From assembly GCA_037444025.1 (NCBI GenBank), contig JBBINE010000005.1, positions 22,590 to 79,554 on the forward strand: DNA of 56,965 nt. The letters run 5' to 3'. Made by a program: the position numbers and the translations under genes. This DNA comes from a bacterium. GTDB taxonomy: Bacteria; Patescibacteriota; Minisyncoccia; UBA6257; HR35. How positions within the stretch are numbered: position 1 is the first letter of the stretch; each line of letters starts with the position of its first letter. This document shows positions 38,944 to 47,204 of the stretch, in pieces. The notes under the pieces were generated by a model. That model did no database searches, had not been told where the DNA came from, and saw only the letters and a program-made list of their open reading frames with translations.

Positions 38944-41019
38944 ATGAAACTTCAAGATTTAGAAATTCCTTTAAAAGAATTTAAAGGTATAGGAGAAAAA
39001 ACAGTCTTGAAATTAGAAAAGAATAAAATAAAAACAATTAGAGATCTTCTTTTTTATTTTCCTTATAAATATTTAGACTTAACGGAAATAAAAAAAATTA
39101 AAGATATTAAAATTAACGAAACCACTGTTATTTGCGGTAAGTTAAAAAATTTAAAATTTTTCCCTTCGCCGAGAAAAAAACTTTTCTTACTCCAAGGAAG
39201 AATTGAAGATGATACAGGAAGTGTCAAGATTGTTTGGTATAATCAACCTTTTTTAGTTAAACAACTAAAAGAAAATGTTTCTCTTTTAGCTCTTGGCAAA
39301 TTATCTAAAAGTAAATACGGAACTTCTTTTCAGCCATTAAAATTTGAATTATTGACTCCCGGAAATAATTTTAGCCCACAGATAATACCAGTTTATCGAA
39401 GCATAGCTAATTTAACCTCAAATTTTTTCGAAAAAATAATAAAAAATATTATGGAACAATACTCTCTTGATCTTTTGGTTGATCCCCTGCCAGAAGAAAT
39501 AAGATCAGAATTAAACTATCCTTCTTTGTCTGAATCTTTGAGATACATTCATCAACCTCAAGATTTAAAAAAACTGAGTCTAGTTAAAGAAAGATTTGGT
39601 TTTGAAGAAATTTTTTATTTAGAAGTTTTGCTTTTATCAGAAAGATATTTTTTACAGAAAAATAAATCTCCTCTTATTAAAGAAGATAAAAAACTAACTC
39701 AATATTTTTTAACTAACTTAAAACTTTCTTTAACCCAAGGACAAAAAAAGGTGCTTCAAGATATTTTTGCTGATTTACAAAAAGGAATTCCTATGAATCG
39801 TCTTCTTCAAGGAGAAACTGGTTCTGGGAAAACTTTGATTGCTGAAATTATTTCTCTTAATACAGTAGCTCAAGGGTTTCAAGTAATTTTTATGGCTCCC
39901 ACAGAAATTTTAGCACAACAACACTTCCAAAGATTTCTTAAAGACTTTTCTTCTTTTAATTATGGTTTAGCTTTACTTACTTCTGGAGGCTGTTTTTTAG
40001 GGATAAAAGGATTTAGAGCAGAGAAAAAAATCGGAGAAATAAATTATCTCCTTTCTCAAGGAATAATAAAGGTCATTATTGGCACTCATGCTCTTATTGA
40101 AAACAACTTAAAGTTTAATAAAGTAGGTTTAGTGATTATTGATGAACAGCAAAGATTTGGAGTGGAGCAAAGAAAGAAAATTTTAGAAAACAGCCAGCAA
40201 CATTTTTTTCCTCATTTTATTTCCATGACCGCTACTCCAATTCCTCGAAGTTTAGCTTTAGCTTTTTATGGTGATTTAGATTTTTCTTATTTAGAAGAAA
40301 AACCCTTTGGCCAAAAACAGATTAAAACTTATCTGGTTTCTTCTGGTAAGGAAATAGTTATGTGGAATTTTGTTAGCAAAGAAATCAAAGAAGGACATCA
40401 GATTTTTATCATTTGTCCTCGAGTGGAACAAAAAGAAGATGAAATTAGATCGGTTAAAGAAGAATATGAAAGAGTAAAAAAAATACTTCCTTGGGCTAAA
40501 ATTGCTATGCTACATGGAAAAATAAAATCTCAAGAAAAAGAAAAAATCTTAAAAAAAATGCAAAAAAATGAAATTAATGTATTAGTTAGTTCGTCAGTAG
40601 TAGAGGTTGGTATTGATCTTCCTTTAGCTACTGTAGTTATTATTCAGTCTCCAGAAAGATTTGGCCTCTCCCAACTCTATCAGCTTAAAGGAAGGGTAGG
40701 TAGAAGCGTACATGAGGGTTATTGTTTTTTGGTACCTCATAAACTTTCACTTAAATCAAGACTAAGATTAAAATATTTTCTCCAAGCTAAAAATTCCTTA
40801 GAACTTTCAGAGTATGATCTTAAATTAAGAGGTGGAGGAGAACTTTTAGGCGAACGTCAATCAGGTATTCCCGATTTAGCCATGAAAATGTTGCCTAATG
40901 TAAAAATAATAGAAAAAGCTAAGGCTTTAGCAGAAAAAATTTTTCCTGATTTTCAAAACAAAAAATACCCTTATCTCATTGAAGAAGTAAACAGAAGAAA
41001 AAGCTTTTTTATTAATTAA
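38944..41019 (+). CDS. recG: ATP-dependent DNA helicase RecG
   Basis: OB wedge domain, LLQGETGSGKT, IIDEQQRFGV, MTATPIPRSL, QLYQLKGRVGR. Confidence 0.93.
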   Translation: MKLQDLEIPLKEFKGIGEKTVLKLEKNKIKTIRDLLFYFPYKYLDLTEIKKIKDIKINETTVICGKLKNLKFFPSPRKKLFLLQGRIEDDTGSVKIVWYNQPFLVKQLKENVSLLALGKLSKSKYGTSFQPLKFELLTPGNNFSPQIIPVYRSIANLTSNFFEKIIKNIMEQYSLDLLVDPLPEEIRSELNYPSLSESLRYIHQPQDLKKLSLVKERFGFEEIFYLEVLLLSERYFLQKNKSPLIKEDKKLTQYFLTNLKLSLTQGQKKVLQDIFADLQKGIPMNRLLQGETGSGKTLIAEIISLNTVAQGFQVIFMAPTEILAQQHFQRFLKDFSSFNYGLALLTSGGCFLGIKGFRAEKKIGEINYLLSQGIIKVIIGTHALIENNLKFNKVGLVIIDEQQRFGVEQRKKILENSQQHFFPHFISMTATPIPRSLALAFYGDLDFSYLEEKPFGQKQIKTYLVSSGKEIVMWNFVSKEIKEGHQIFIICPRVEQKEDEIRSVKEEYERVKKILPWAKIAMLHGKIKSQEKEKILKKMQKNEINVLVSSSVVEVGIDLPLATVVIIQSPERFGLSQLYQLKGRVGRSVHEGYCFLVPHKLSLKSRLRLKYFLQAKNSLELSEYDLKLRGGGELLGERQSGIPDLAMKMLPNVKIIEKAKALAEKIFPDFQNKKYPYLIEEVNRRKSFFIN

Positions 41020-41114
41020 CATTTTATTAACAACTAAAAACTTGACAATATAGTTTAAGATAAGTTAAAATTATTAAATAATTATTTTAAATAGTCAAAA
41101 ATTACTTTTAAAAT

Positions 41115-41143
41115 TTGACATTTTAAAAAATGTTGTTTATAAT
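41115..41143 (+). promoter_or_regulatory. perfect consensus sigma70 promoter for the surface-protein gene
   Basis: TTGACA (41115-20), a 17-nt spacer, then TATAAT (41138-43). Confidence 0.65.
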
Positions 41144-41156
41144 AAAAAAACTAATT

Positions 41157-41184
41157 AAAGGTCATAATTAAAAGGTCATAATTA
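41157..41184 (+). repeat. tandem 14-nt repeat (AAAGGTCATAATTA x2) in the promoter-proximal leader
   Basis: Two exact adjacent copies, 14 nt downstream of the -10 box and 40 nt upstream of the ATG. Confidence 0.8.
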
Positions 41185-41223
41185 ATTTAATTATTACCTT
41201 TAGGCGAAAGCCTGAAATTAAAA

Positions 41224-43122
41224 ATGGAAAGAAGAAATAAATTGTTTATTGCTATTTTGTCATTAGCTTTACTTTTAAATGGCGTCGTACCCTTTACCTT
41301 TTCCCAAGCACAATCAGGTTGTAATCCAGATGCTTTAAAACCAGTATCCCAAGGTCAAAGAGGTAATGAGGTAAGAAATGTTCAAGAATGCTTGATGGAG
41401 GCAGGATATGATATTCCAGCTGGTGCTACTGGTTATTACGGAAAGCAAACAGTAGAAGCTGTTAAAGCTTTTTATGCTGATTGGTATGGTTCTTGGCACG
41501 GAAAGAATATTGGTCCTAAAGGAATAGCTACACTTAAGTCATTGATAGCTTCTCTATGGGGAGAGGAGGAAGTAGTTGAAGAAGATCAAACTGGACAACA
41601 ACAACCAGGAAATCAACCATCGCAACAAACTGATATTGCTGCTATCGTTGCTGCTGTTTTAGCCGCTCTTCAACAATCAGGAGTTATTCCTTCTGTATCT
41701 ACAACAACTACAGGAACAGCACAGCAAGAAGGATTTTTAGTTGTTGAACAAGATCCTTCTGCTACAGGAGTTACTGTAAGAGAGGGAGAATCAGCTAATG
41801 TATTTGGTTTAAGATTCAGAGCTGATAATGGCTCTGTAACAGTAAAATCAATATTCTTAAGATGGACAGGAAGTTCAGCTCCTTATAGAGTTCTTTCTAA
41901 TTTAGCATTGGTTGATTCTCAAGGAAATGTTCTTTATCAAACAGCTGTTACTCCTTCAACATTCCTTCAAGACTCAAACTTAAACTACTATCTTCCTGTA
42001 ACAGGTCTTAATGTAAATGTTCCAGTTGGTCAATATACTTCTGTATTCGTAAAAGTAACAGTTGTAAATACATTACCTTCAGGAGTAACTTCTGCAGGAT
42101 TTGCAGTTAATCAAAATGATGTAAGAGCAGTTGATGGAGTAGGAGTAGATAGATTTGGTCCTGTATCAAATATTTCAGGAACATTTACTCTACAAGCTTC
42201 TTTAGCTCAATCAGCAGATTGGGTTGTAGCAAGAAATCCTAATACTCCTAAGGAAGGTTATATATTTGGTGATGTATCTAGTGGTAAAGTAGATAGAGCT
42301 AAACTATTAAGCTTTGATCTTACTTCTAAAAATGATAATTTGAGATTAACTTCTGTTGTTGTAACTACAGGTGGATCAAGCAATATGAATATGTCTGCCC
42401 TATATCTTAAATATGGTGATCAAACCTTAGATGTAAGATCACCGTCAACTACTGTAACATTCAATGCTGTCCCTGCAAACTTTGTAGTTAATAAAGATCA
42501 AACAGTAACATTAGATGTTGTAGCTGATCTTCAAGGTGGTTCAACAACAACTGAAGCTACTACTTCTGTAACAGTTGCTTCAGTAACTGGTCTCAACTCC
42601 TTAGGAGGAACAGTTTCTAAATCTGTATCTGTAGCTGGTGATACTCTTCACTATAGAACATTGGGTCCTGAAGTTTCTGGATTTACTGCCAATCCAAGCT
42701 ATACACCACCATCTCAAACAGCTTCTTCATCCTATAGTGTTGTTATAAGATTCAATGTTACTCCAAGAGGAGGAACAGTCTATATGGGAACAACAACTGC
42801 TCCTACATCCTCCTTTGCAGCTGTAGAACTTGAAAAATCAGGTGGTGCTACATCAACCCCAAATGCTGGTGTAACAGTAAAAGTCTATCAAGGCTCAACT
42901 GATGTTACTAATAGCTTAACTGTTGGAGGAAGTGGACTTTTCGCTTTATCTGAGAATCAAACCTATACATTTGAAATAACTGCTGCTCAAAATGGCGCTC
43001 CAAGTGGTACTGGTTTATATAGATGGGTTGTAAGTAATCTTAAATGGCACGATGGCGCTAGTACCCAAACTGTGACCTGGACATCAAGAGATATGTACAC
43101 CAGCTACACAAACGTTCAGTAA
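41224..43122 (+). CDS. secreted cell-surface protein with N-terminal peptidoglycan-binding domain; candidate S-layer/major envelope protein
   Basis: Signal peptide, then a PG_binding_1-like segment (GQRGNEVRNVQECLMEAGYDI..TGYYGKQTVEAVKAFY). This is followed by a Q/P linker and about 480 aa rich in T/S/V/G and poor in charged residues. Confidence 0.7.
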   Translation: MERRNKLFIAILSLALLLNGVVPFTFSQAQSGCNPDALKPVSQGQRGNEVRNVQECLMEAGYDIPAGATGYYGKQTVEAVKAFYADWYGSWHGKNIGPKGIATLKSLIASLWGEEEVVEEDQTGQQQPGNQPSQQTDIAAIVAAVLAALQQSGVIPSVSTTTTGTAQQEGFLVVEQDPSATGVTVREGESANVFGLRFRADNGSVTVKSIFLRWTGSSAPYRVLSNLALVDSQGNVLYQTAVTPSTFLQDSNLNYYLPVTGLNVNVPVGQYTSVFVKVTVVNTLPSGVTSAGFAVNQNDVRAVDGVGVDRFGPVSNISGTFTLQASLAQSADWVVARNPNTPKEGYIFGDVSSGKVDRAKLLSFDLTSKNDNLRLTSVVVTTGGSSNMNMSALYLKYGDQTLDVRSPSTTVTFNAVPANFVVNKDQTVTLDVVADLQGGSTTTEATTSVTVASVTGLNSLGGTVSKSVSVAGDTLHYRTLGPEVSGFTANPSYTPPSQTASSSYSVVIRFNVTPRGGTVYMGTTTAPTSSFAAVELEKSGGATSTPNAGVTVKVYQGSTDVTNSLTVGGSGLFALSENQTYTFEITAAQNGAPSGTGLYRWVVSNLKWHDGASTQTVTWTSRDMYTSYTNVQ

Positions 43123-43143
43123 TTGTTGCTAACCTTAGCACCC

Positions 43144-43176
43144 AGCCCCGCCAGCCAACCTGGCGGGGCTTTTTTA
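43144..43176 (+). terminator. strong intrinsic terminator
   Basis: AGCCCCGCCA gccaacc TGGCGGGGCT followed by TTTTTT, 22 nt after the stop codon. Confidence 0.85.
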
Positions 43177-43209
43177 TTAGTATATTTCTATGTTAAAATA
43201 ATTATTGAA

Positions 43210-43454
43210 ATGAAAAATAAAAAATATTCTTAATATAATAATAGAAGAAAGTTCTGATGGTTATTTTATTGCATCTGTTCCTTCATTGCCTGGTTGCCAT
43301 ACTCAAGCTAAATCATTAAAGGAATTAAAAAAAGGATAAAAGAGGCTATTGAACTTTGTTTAGAAATTGCAAAGGAAGATCCTTCTTATAGAGAAAAATT
43401 AAAGAATTATCTTATGAACCAAAGTTTGTGGGATTGGAAATTATAGAAGTTTAA
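43210..43454 (+). pseudogene. hicB: HicB-family antitoxin, disrupted by about three frameshifts
   Basis: Joining three frames gives MKNK(K)ILNIIIEESSDGYFIASVPSLPGCHTQAKSLKELKK / RIKEAIELCLEIAKEDPSYREK / LSYEPKFVGLEIIEV-stop. The shifts fall at A-runs (43219-24, 43327-33, about 43394-403). Confidence 0.75.
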
Positions 43455-43670
43455 ATGGTTAAATTATCTACTATTAAAGCAAAAGATATTATTAAAGTTC
43501 TTAATAAATTAGGTTTTCAAGAAATCAGACAACATTCAGATGGAAGAACAACCGTTGTTCCATATCATCCAGATGAGGATATAAGCAAACCCCTTTTAAG
43601 AGAAATTCTTAAAGATATTAAAATAAGTCCCGAAGAATTTCTTAATGTTTTAAAAAAGAAAATAGTTTAA
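43455..43670 (+). CDS. hicA: HicA-family toxin homolog with apparent internal deletion
   Basis: KDIIKVLNKLGFQEIRQ-HSDGRTTVVPYHPDEDISKPLLREILKDIKIS. The segment expected between RQ and H.DGR, which carries the GSH motif in canonical HicA, is absent. Confidence 0.7.
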   Translation: MVKLSTIKAKDIIKVLNKLGFQEIRQHSDGRTTVVPYHPDEDISKPLLREILKDIKISPEEFLNVLKKKIV

Positions 43671-44002
43671 TGTTAAAGAAAAAATATAGGTTAAAAGGAG
43701 ATGATATTAAAAAAATGTTTGAGGGAAAATTTAAGACATTTAAAGATGAATATTTTAAGGTTTTTTATAGAGATAACAATTTAAATTTTTCTCGTTTTTC
43801 AATTAAACCCCAAAATAAAATTTTCAAAAAAGCAGTAGAAAGAAATAAAGTTAAAAGAAGAATCTACAATATTTTAAGAGAAGAGAAAATTTTTGAAAGA
43901 ATAAAAGGAAAAGATTTTTTAATTTTTCTTCAAAAAAAGGAAGTTTTAGATATGAATTATGAAGAAATGAAAGAAAAAATTTTAAAAATTTTAAAAGAAT
44001 GA
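43670..44002 (+). CDS. rnpA: ribonuclease P protein component
   Basis: LKKKYRLKG, FSRFSIKP, and KKAVERNKVKRRIYNILRE (the RNR motif region). 110 aa. Confidence 0.8.
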   Translation: MLKKKYRLKGDDIKKMFEGKFKTFKDEYFKVFYRDNNLNFSRFSIKPQNKIFKKAVERNKVKRRIYNILREEKIFERIKGKDFLIFLQKKEVLDMNYEEMKEKILKILKE

Positions 44003-44020
44003 ATAGATATTAGATATTTG

Positions 44021-44104
44021 CGGTGGGGGAGGGATTCGAACCCTCAAGGGCGTAAAGCCCACTGGTTCTCGAGACCAGCGCAATCCCAATTCTGCCACCC
44101 CACC
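44021..44104 (-). tRNA. tRNA-Ser (anticodon CGA)
   Basis: The reverse complement reads GGTGGGGTGGCAGAATTGGGATTGCG CTGGT CTCGAGA ACCAG TGGGCTTTACGCCCTT GAGGG TTCGAAT CCCTC CCCCACC G. It has a long variable arm. Confidence 0.9.
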
Positions 44105-44257
44105 AATGTAAATTCACTCCTTCGTTTATTTGCTTTGACAAATTTCAAAATTATTTGAAATAAATTGCTTTTTATTCTTTACGGGATAATAATATTATTT
44201 TATAATAAATTTAAATGAATGAGAAAATAGAGTTTTTGAAAAAAGAAGAGTAAAAAT

Positions 44258-44527
44258 TTGATAAATTTGTTAAATTTATTAAAAGAGAAACAAATGAAAA
44301 ATTTAGTAACAATTAGTAAAAAATTTGTCCAAAGAAAGAGAGAATATTTTGAAAATTATAAAGATTATCTAAAGAAGTTAAAGGAATATGTTAAAGAAAT
44401 TTTAAATAATGAAAAAGCAAAAGTTTTAGTTTTTGGTTCTATTGTAAACCCATTTCAGCTTCATTTAATAACCCCTGAAGAATTTGAAGGTTGGTATAAA
44501 AATTTTATAAAAAATGAATATATCTAA
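44258..44527 (+). CDS. truncated Pol-beta-type nucleotidyltransferase (MNT-like) remnant
   Basis: AKVLVFGSIV (GS motif) runs directly into NPFQLHLITPEEFEGWYKNFI. The DxD catalytic segment expected between them is missing. The ATG start is at 44294; the track ORF starts with TTG. Confidence 0.45.
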   Translation: MINLLNLLKEKQMKNLVTISKKFVQRKREYFENYKDYLKKLKEYVKEILNNEKAKVLVFGSIVNPFQLHLITPEEFEGWYKNFIKNEYI

Positions 44528-45761
44528 ATATAAATATTTGCTTTTAATTTTTTTATTCTTTAACCTAACATTTGCCCAAAGTTTCCCTCTTTTAATTTCA
44601 GAAATAATGTACAATCCAGAAGGAAATGATAGCGATCGAGAATGGATTGAAATAGTAAATATAAGTTCTCAAACTTTTAATATTTCGGGAGGTAGAAAAG
44701 GCTGGAGAATTAATGATGGTAGCAATCATCTTTTTGAAGAAAGTAGTATTACTCTCAATCCGGGTGAAGTTTTGCTTATAGTTCAAGATAAAAATAAATT
44801 TTTACAAGAAAATTCAAACTTTTCAGGAAAATTAATTCAGGCTAATTTTTCTTTGAAAAATGAATTAGGAAGCATTCAAATATATAACGAAAATAAGAAT
44901 TTAATCACCCAAGCAAATTATTCAAGTTCCTATGGGGGAAATGGAAATGGTTATTCAATAATTTTTCAAGATGTTTGGAAAGAGAATAATCTTAAAGGAG
45001 GAACACCGGGAATTTATCCAGAAAGAATAATTTACGAAGAGAAAAAGGAAGAAATAGGGCAAAATCAAAGAGCAACTTCCTCGCAAATCCAAACTCAAAA
45101 TACAACCTCACAGTCATCTTTATTTTTTACCTCCAACTCTACCACCAATATAGGGACGTCGTACGTCCCTATATATCCCACAGGGAATGAGATAATAGAG
45201 CCAAAAACATTAATTATTTCAGAGTTTTTACCCAATGCTGAAAGAAATGATAATGGAAAAGAATTTATTGAAATATACAATTATGGTGATGAAACTGTTA
45301 ATTTAGAAAATTTTATTCTTCAAGTAGGAAACAAGAAAATAAAACTTCAGGGAAATATTGAGCCAAATGAGTATTTTGTAATTACTAACAAAGATAATAA
45401 TTTTTCGATAAGAAATTCGGGAGAAACAGTAAAAATTTTATACAAAGAAGAACCAATCTTTGAAATTTCTTATCAAGGAAAAGCTCCAGAAAACGAGAGT
45501 TTTTCCAAGTTTTCTTCTGGATGGGCTTGGAGTCTTCCTACTCCAGGAAAAGAAAATCAAAAGATACTTAAAGAAACAAAAGGAAATATTGAAACAAAGG
45601 AAGAAAAGAGATACGATCAAATCTTTTTTGAGAATTCTACTTCTTCTTTTTTAGCCCAAACTAATAATAATTTAAATCCAGCGGATAAAACTATTTATTA
45701 CTTATTATTAGGCTTGATTTTTATTTTTCTTATCACGATAATTGTTGTTTGGAAGCTTTAA
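44514..45761 (+). CDS. surface protein with two lamin-tail domains (LTD) and C-terminal TM anchor
   Basis: Signal peptide, then LLISEIMYNPEGNDSDREWIEIVN and LIISEFLPNAERNDNGKEFIEIYNYGDETVNLENF, and finally the C-terminal helix YYLLLGLIFIFLITIIVVW. Confidence 0.75.
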   Translation: MNISKYKYLLLIFLFFNLTFAQSFPLLISEIMYNPEGNDSDREWIEIVNISSQTFNISGGRKGWRINDGSNHLFEESSITLNPGEVLLIVQDKNKFLQENSNFSGKLIQANFSLKNELGSIQIYNENKNLITQANYSSSYGGNGNGYSIIFQDVWKENNLKGGTPGIYPERIIYEEKKEEIGQNQRATSSQIQTQNTTSQSSLFFTSNSTTNIGTSYVPIYPTGNEIIEPKTLIISEFLPNAERNDNGKEFIEIYNYGDETVNLENFILQVGNKKIKLQGNIEPNEYFVITNKDNNFSIRNSGETVKILYKEEPIFEISYQGKAPENESFSKFSSGWAWSLPTPGKENQKILKETKGNIETKEEKRYDQIFFENSTSSFLAQTNNNLNPADKTIYYLLLGLIFIFLITIIVVWKL

Positions 45762-46336
45762 ATTATATCAAAAATGAAGTTTTTATACTTTTTAACTAAA
45801 GAATGATAATTATCTTTTTGTAACTTATTAATTATATTATTAGAAACATCATGTAAAATTTGGGTTTTTAATTTAATTCCCCATATACCTGTTTCTATTC
45901 CTCCTACAGAAACAAACTCACCTAAGATTATCTTTTCGCTAATAAGACAAGGTAATAAGTGATTAATTTTTAACGAAGATATACCTAAGATTAAATATGC
46001 CAAATAAAGCTTAGACAAATTTGACGGTTCTAAAAAAGAAACCATTTCTTTTAAAATACTGGCCGTAGCTTTAATTTCTAATTCTGTTAAATTTTGGGAA
46101 ATAATTACTTGATGATACAGATCGTGGAGATTAAGATAAATCAATTGCCATTTTTTTAATTCGTTTTTATCATAATCAACACTAAAGGGATCGATTTTAC
46201 TAATTATTTTTTCATTATTTTTTATCGCTTCTAAAAATATTTTAGCTTCTTCTTCGGGAATAAAGCGAAGATCTGTTTTTTCTAAAGAATAATCTTTTTC
46301 TAATATTTTTTTGATTTCTTGAAGGGCGTTGTTCAT
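45758..46336 (-). CDS. hypothetical protein
   Basis: 192-aa ORF with no recognisable motif. Its 3' end overlaps the LTD gene convergently by 4 nt. Confidence 0.45.
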   Translation of the reverse strand: MNNALQEIKKILEKDYSLEKTDLRFIPEEEAKIFLEAIKNNEKIISKIDPFSVDYDKNELKKWQLIYLNLHDLYHQVIISQNLTELEIKATASILKEMVSFLEPSNLSKLYLAYLILGISSLKINHLLPCLISEKIILGEFVSVGGIETGIWGIKLKTQILHDVSNNIINKLQKDNYHSLVKKYKNFIFDII

Positions 46337-46352
46337 TTTTAAGTTAAAGTAT

Positions 46353-46386
46353 AAAAAAGGACTTCCCTTAGGGAAGCCCTTTTTTT
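46353..46386. terminator. bidirectional-looking hairpin with A6/T7 flanks
   Basis: aaaaaa GGACTTCCC tta GGGAAGCCC ttttttt. A third arm, GGGCTTCCC, recurs at 46413-21. Confidence 0.5.
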
Positions 46387-46520
46387 CAAAGTATAATTTT
46401 TAGCAATAAAAAGGGCTTCCCCTTGATTTAGGGGCCTTAACAATTGTCAAAATGTTAATTTTATTTATCAGTGTTTTCATGATAATCATATTAATATTAT
46501 AATTTTAAAATTTATAAAAG

Positions 46521-46820
46521 TCAAGTTTTTGTTTTCCAGCTTAATTTTCGTTTTAATTTTTGATACGAGCTTTCGATAGCTTGAAAAATATTTTTACCCA
46601 CACCAGAAACTATAATTAAACCTTTTTTAGGTATAGCCAAAATTATTTTTGATTTGTAAAGACCTTTTTTGTATTTTGCTTCTTTATTTTTTGCTAATTC
46701 TACCTCAATAAGAGTTTCTTCTTTTGGGAAGTATTTGTTTATTTTAAAAAATTTTTGTTTCAAAAATTGCCTTACTGCATCTATTGGTTTAAGGTTTTTA
46801 AAAAAATAAATTATTTTCAT
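46521..46820 (-). CDS. hpf: ribosome hibernation promoting factor / RaiA family
   Basis: 99 aa with the S30AE pattern: ID.VRQFLKQKF.KINKYF, LIEVEL, IFQAIESSYQKLKRKL. Confidence 0.75.
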   Translation of the reverse strand: MKIIYFFKNLKPIDAVRQFLKQKFFKINKYFPKEETLIEVELAKNKEAKYKKGLYKSKIILAIPKKGLIIVSGVGKNIFQAIESSYQKLKRKLSWKTKT

Positions 46821-46861
46821 TTTTTTGATTATATCTTATTATAATTATATAATTAAAAGTA

Positions 46862-47200
46862 ATGAAAAAAAAATTGAAACTTATTTCACTTATTTTTTGT
46901 TTTTTTCTTGGAATAATGGTTTTAGCTCAAAGTAGTGGAGGAGACAACGATAATGTTTTTAAGATTATCAAACAAATAATTTCTTTTATGTTTTCTCTTT
47001 TTTTAATGTTAAGTATACCTATTTTGATTTTTTTAGGGATAAAATATATTTCTGGATGGGGTGAGGCTAGAGAGTTAAACAAATTATTATTTTATGTTGT
47101 TATCGGCGTAGTAATTCTGGTTTTATCTCTTTTTATTCCTAATTTAATCAAAAACTTTTTTGATAATATTATTGGAGGTCCTAACCCTACAACACCTTAA
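46862..47200 (+). CDS. VirB2/TrbC-like two-TM pilin-family small protein
   Basis: Signal peptide, then two TM helices flanking a short charged loop (LIFLGIKYISGWGEARELNKLLFYVVIGVVIL). It resembles the N-modules at 32.8 and 34.0 kb (FLLGAIKYLLETS...GKEMMKSALIGLIILF). Confidence 0.6.
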   Translation: MKKKLKLISLIFCFFLGIMVLAQSSGGDNDNVFKIIKQIISFMFSLFLMLSIPILIFLGIKYISGWGEARELNKLLFYVVIGVVILVLSLFIPNLIKNFFDNIIGGPNPTTP

Positions 47201-47204
47201 GACA

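Noticed and set aside
41157-41184. Tandem 14-mer, and the 330-bp repeats at 32.8/34.0 kb, as a possible CRISPR array or IS/transposon ends.
   Set aside because: There are only two units and no spacer architecture. The 330-bp copies are direct, coding and in-frame gene starts, with no transposase, integrase or terminal inverted repeats nearby.
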